DNA from: Zootoca vivipara
Taxonomy: Eukaryota
DNA length: 64,000 nt
Direction: 5' to 3'
Assembly: GCF_963506605.1 (NCBI RefSeq)
Contig: NC_083279.1
Span: 2,790,001-2,854,000, forward strand
Shown: positions 61,448-64,000 of the stretch, one piece after another
How positions within the stretch are numbered: position 1 is the stretch's first letter
Layout: each line of letters opens with the position of its first letter
Made by a program: the position numbers and the translations under genes
Notes under the pieces: generated by a model
What the model was told of the DNA's origin: nothing
The model's input: the letters and a program-made list of their open reading frames with translations, nothing else
Database searches by the model: none

Positions 61448-62579
61448 TGTCAATGGCAAGAGCCAGGAGCAGGTCGGCAATAACTCACATGGTATCAGTA
61501 AAGTTAAATCTTTATACAAGGAAACAAACAGGCCTAGTGAGTACAGCAACTCTCCCTGGTAGCTCTTGCCCCAATGACAAAGTTGTCAGGACTGAAGGTC
61601 CCTGCCTTCCCACATCTCTCTGCGTCTCCTCACCAGCCTGACTCATCGCTGCCTCTCCAGCCTCCTCTTCTGCCCCTGATTCTGCGCTGCTGTCTGCCCC
61701 AGCCTCTTCCTGCTCACAAAACCCTGTTACCTCTTCAGCTTCTGACATCAAATCCAGGATGGGTGACACCTGGCTTGAGAGCAGTACATGAGAAAAGGAT
61801 CCAGGAGTCTTGGTAGACCACAGACTTGACATGAGTCAACAGTGTGATGCAGCAGCTAAAAAAGCCAAAGCAATTCTGGGCTGCATCAATAGGAGTATAG
61901 CATCTAGATCAAGGGAAGTAATAGTACCACTGTATTCTGCTCTGGTCAGACCTCACCTGGAGTACTGTGTCCAGTTCTGGGCACCACAGTTTAAGAAGGA
62001 TACTGACAAGCTGGAACGTGTCCAGAAGAGGGCAACCAAAATGGTCAAAGGCCTGGAAATGATGCCTTATGAGGAACGGCTAAGGGAACTGGGCATGTTT
62101 AGCCTGGAGAAGAGAAGGTTAAGGGGTGATATGATAGCCATGTTCAAATATATAAAAGGATGTCATATAGAGGAGGGAGAAAGGTTGTTTTCTGCTGCTC
62201 CAGAGAAGCAGACACGGAGCAATGGATTCAAACGGCAAGAAAGAAGATTCCACCTAAACATTAGGAAGAACTTCCTGACAGTAAGAGCTGTTCGGCAGTG
62301 GAATTTGCTACCAAGGAGTGTGATGGAGTCTCCTTTTTGGGGGGTCTTTAAGCAGAGGCTTGACAGGCATATGTCAAGAATGCTTTGATGGTGTTTCCTG
62401 CTCAGCAGGGGGTTGGACTGTATGGCCCTTGTGGTCTCTTCCAATTCTATGATTCTATGATTCCTCTTGGTTGGCTACTCTCCTCCCTCTGCCCACCTAT
62501 CCTGGTCCTGCCACGTCTTTCCCTGCAGTTCCCCTTCCAGTCCTTCTTCCAGTCCTCTGCATCCAGCCAGTCCAGGACA
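61448..62579 (-). mobile_element. Possible LTR-like repeat interrupted by CR1
   Basis: CT-rich segments 61448-61735 and 62463-62579 either side of the CR1, with TG...CA ends. No convincing TSD. Confidence 0.35.
61750..62462 (+). mobile_element. CR1 LINE, 5'-truncated, young
   Basis: Open ORF2 C-terminus (61810-62388: [25 protein letters not shown]...[17 protein letters not shown]) and an (ATTCTATG)n tail. Possible TSD CCTCTT. Confidence 0.95.
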
Positions 62580-63032
62580 ATCATTCCGCATGGAGGAAGC
62601 AGCAGGCTGGAACTCTTTGGAACAGATCCAAAGTCTGCTGAGGAGAGTTCATGAATACAGAATTCAGGGTAACTGTTCTTCAGATTTTCAGGCCTGTTTT
62701 CACAGGTGGAAACTTCCTCAGTTCAAAGTTTAAGGTGGGGGGGGGATAAAGGCTCTGACTTCAGTGCCTACTGTGAGACTCTTGTGATCAAACATCAGCT
62801 ATCTTCTGCAGTTAAGGGCTCTGAATTCCCCCCCCCCCCCAAAATCTTTATGATTGGATGAATTTTAAATATTATCCAAAATAAAGTGTTGCTGTTATCT
62901 CCATCATGCCATTTTTCAGACAATTACTGAATTGTATTTTAAAATGCATATTTTTTGGGAAATTGGTTTGCAGAAATGGGTTTAAGGAAATAATAGAATC
63001 ATAGAACTGTAGTTGGAAAGGACTATTAGAGG

Positions 63033-63351
63033 CATAGCTGCCAAGTCTCCCGTATTCCCCAGGAAACCTCCATTTTTCCAACCGTTTCCCGCTGGCAGCG
63101 CGGATTTTTAAAAACCCCGTAAATCCCCCGGATTCTTACCGCCCCGGGGAGGCTCCTTCTGCGCATGTCTGGAGTCTCTGGACATGCGCAGAAACGATTT
63201 CTGGCACTGCGGCCATTTTGGAAATGGGCAGAGCATGCGTAGAAGCGACTTCCGGCGCTGCTCTGCCCAGTTCCAAAATGGCCACAGTGCGACTTCCGGT
63301 GCCGCGCCGCTGCCGATCCCAGATTTTTCAATCTGGGAGTTGACACCTATG
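63033..63351. mobile_element. hAT-type MITE with 8-bp TSD
   Basis: Imperfect TIR CATAGCTGCCAAGT/AGTTGACACCTATG with a perfect TSD ATTAGAGG at 63025-63032 and 63352-63359. A similar terminus (AACTTGACAGCTATG) occurs near 11311-11325. Confidence 0.9.
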
Positions 63352-63692
63352 ATTAGAGGTTACCGTTCACACACTTTCACTGTGCAGATACTGGTGGTTA
63401 GGTAAAACCTCTTTTAAACTGTTTAGCAGAGTTTATTTTATTTCTCTCGCAGAAGTAGTGAACAATGACAAAGTTGTTGTTTCAAAGATGACTCACAAAC
63501 TTTATGAAGTCTCGGTCAAAAGATTTTATTCCCTGACCGGGTACAGGCATTACCATAGCAAAGGTATTTTCAACTGTTAACATGAACAGCAATTAACAGC
63601 ACACTTTCAAACAAAAGTATTATCTATCTCCCAACTCCCTGCAAATTACAGCAACAGTCCTTCAGCAGATTTTGACAGGCAACACTCTACGG

Positions 63693-64000
63693 CAGGGGTA
63701 GGCAACTTAAGGCCCATGGGCCGGATGCAGCCCAATCGCCTTCTTAATCTGGCCAACGGACGGTCCAGGAATCAGCATGTTTTTACATGAGTAGAATGTG
63801 TCCTTTTATTTAAAATGCATCTCTTGGTTATTTGTGGGGCCTGCCTGGTGTTTTTACATGAGTATATTGTGTGCTTTTTTTAAAAAAAAATGCATCTCTG
63901 GCTTATTTGTGGGGCATAGGAATTCATTCACACACACACCCCAAAAATAGTCCGGCCCACCACACGGTCTGAGGGACGGTGGACCGGCCCTTTTCACATG
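63693..64000. mobile_element. hAT-Charlie-like non-autonomous element (right end not resolved in window)
   Basis: Starts CAGGGGTAGGCAAC.TAAGGCCC...GGGCCGGATG. Contains an internal ~70-bp tandem duplication (TGTTTTTACATGAGTA...AAAATGCATCTCT...TTATTTGTGGGGC). Confidence 0.75.

Overview
Vertebrate, almost certainly squamate and probably lacertid lizard, genomic DNA (Sauria and Squam3-type SINEs, CR1/L2/L1/RTE/RTE-X/Rex1 LINEs, Penelope fragments, hAT, Tigger-like and Tc1 DNA elements, solo LTRs, a Copia remnant). There are three assembly gaps. I could not find a complete multi-exon host gene, and the window reads as TE-dense intergenic or intronic sequence. The standout is 60314-61411: a 1098-bp non-autonomous Tc1/mariner-superfamily (Tc2/pogo-like) element with perfect 23-bp terminal inverted repeats and TA target duplications. 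Its interior is not transposase but the CpG-rich promoter, 5'UTR, coding exon 1 (partial RING finger), splice donor and first intron bases of TRIM24 (TIF1-alpha). This looks like a Pack-type gene-capturing transposon carrying part of a chromatin/TE-silencing cofactor. Secondary points are Penelope-derived hammerhead ribozyme motifs, a promoter-motif-rich hairpin hAT MITE, an RT-less Copia derivative and several nested or templated insertions. All family names come from motif recognition by eye, not database searches.
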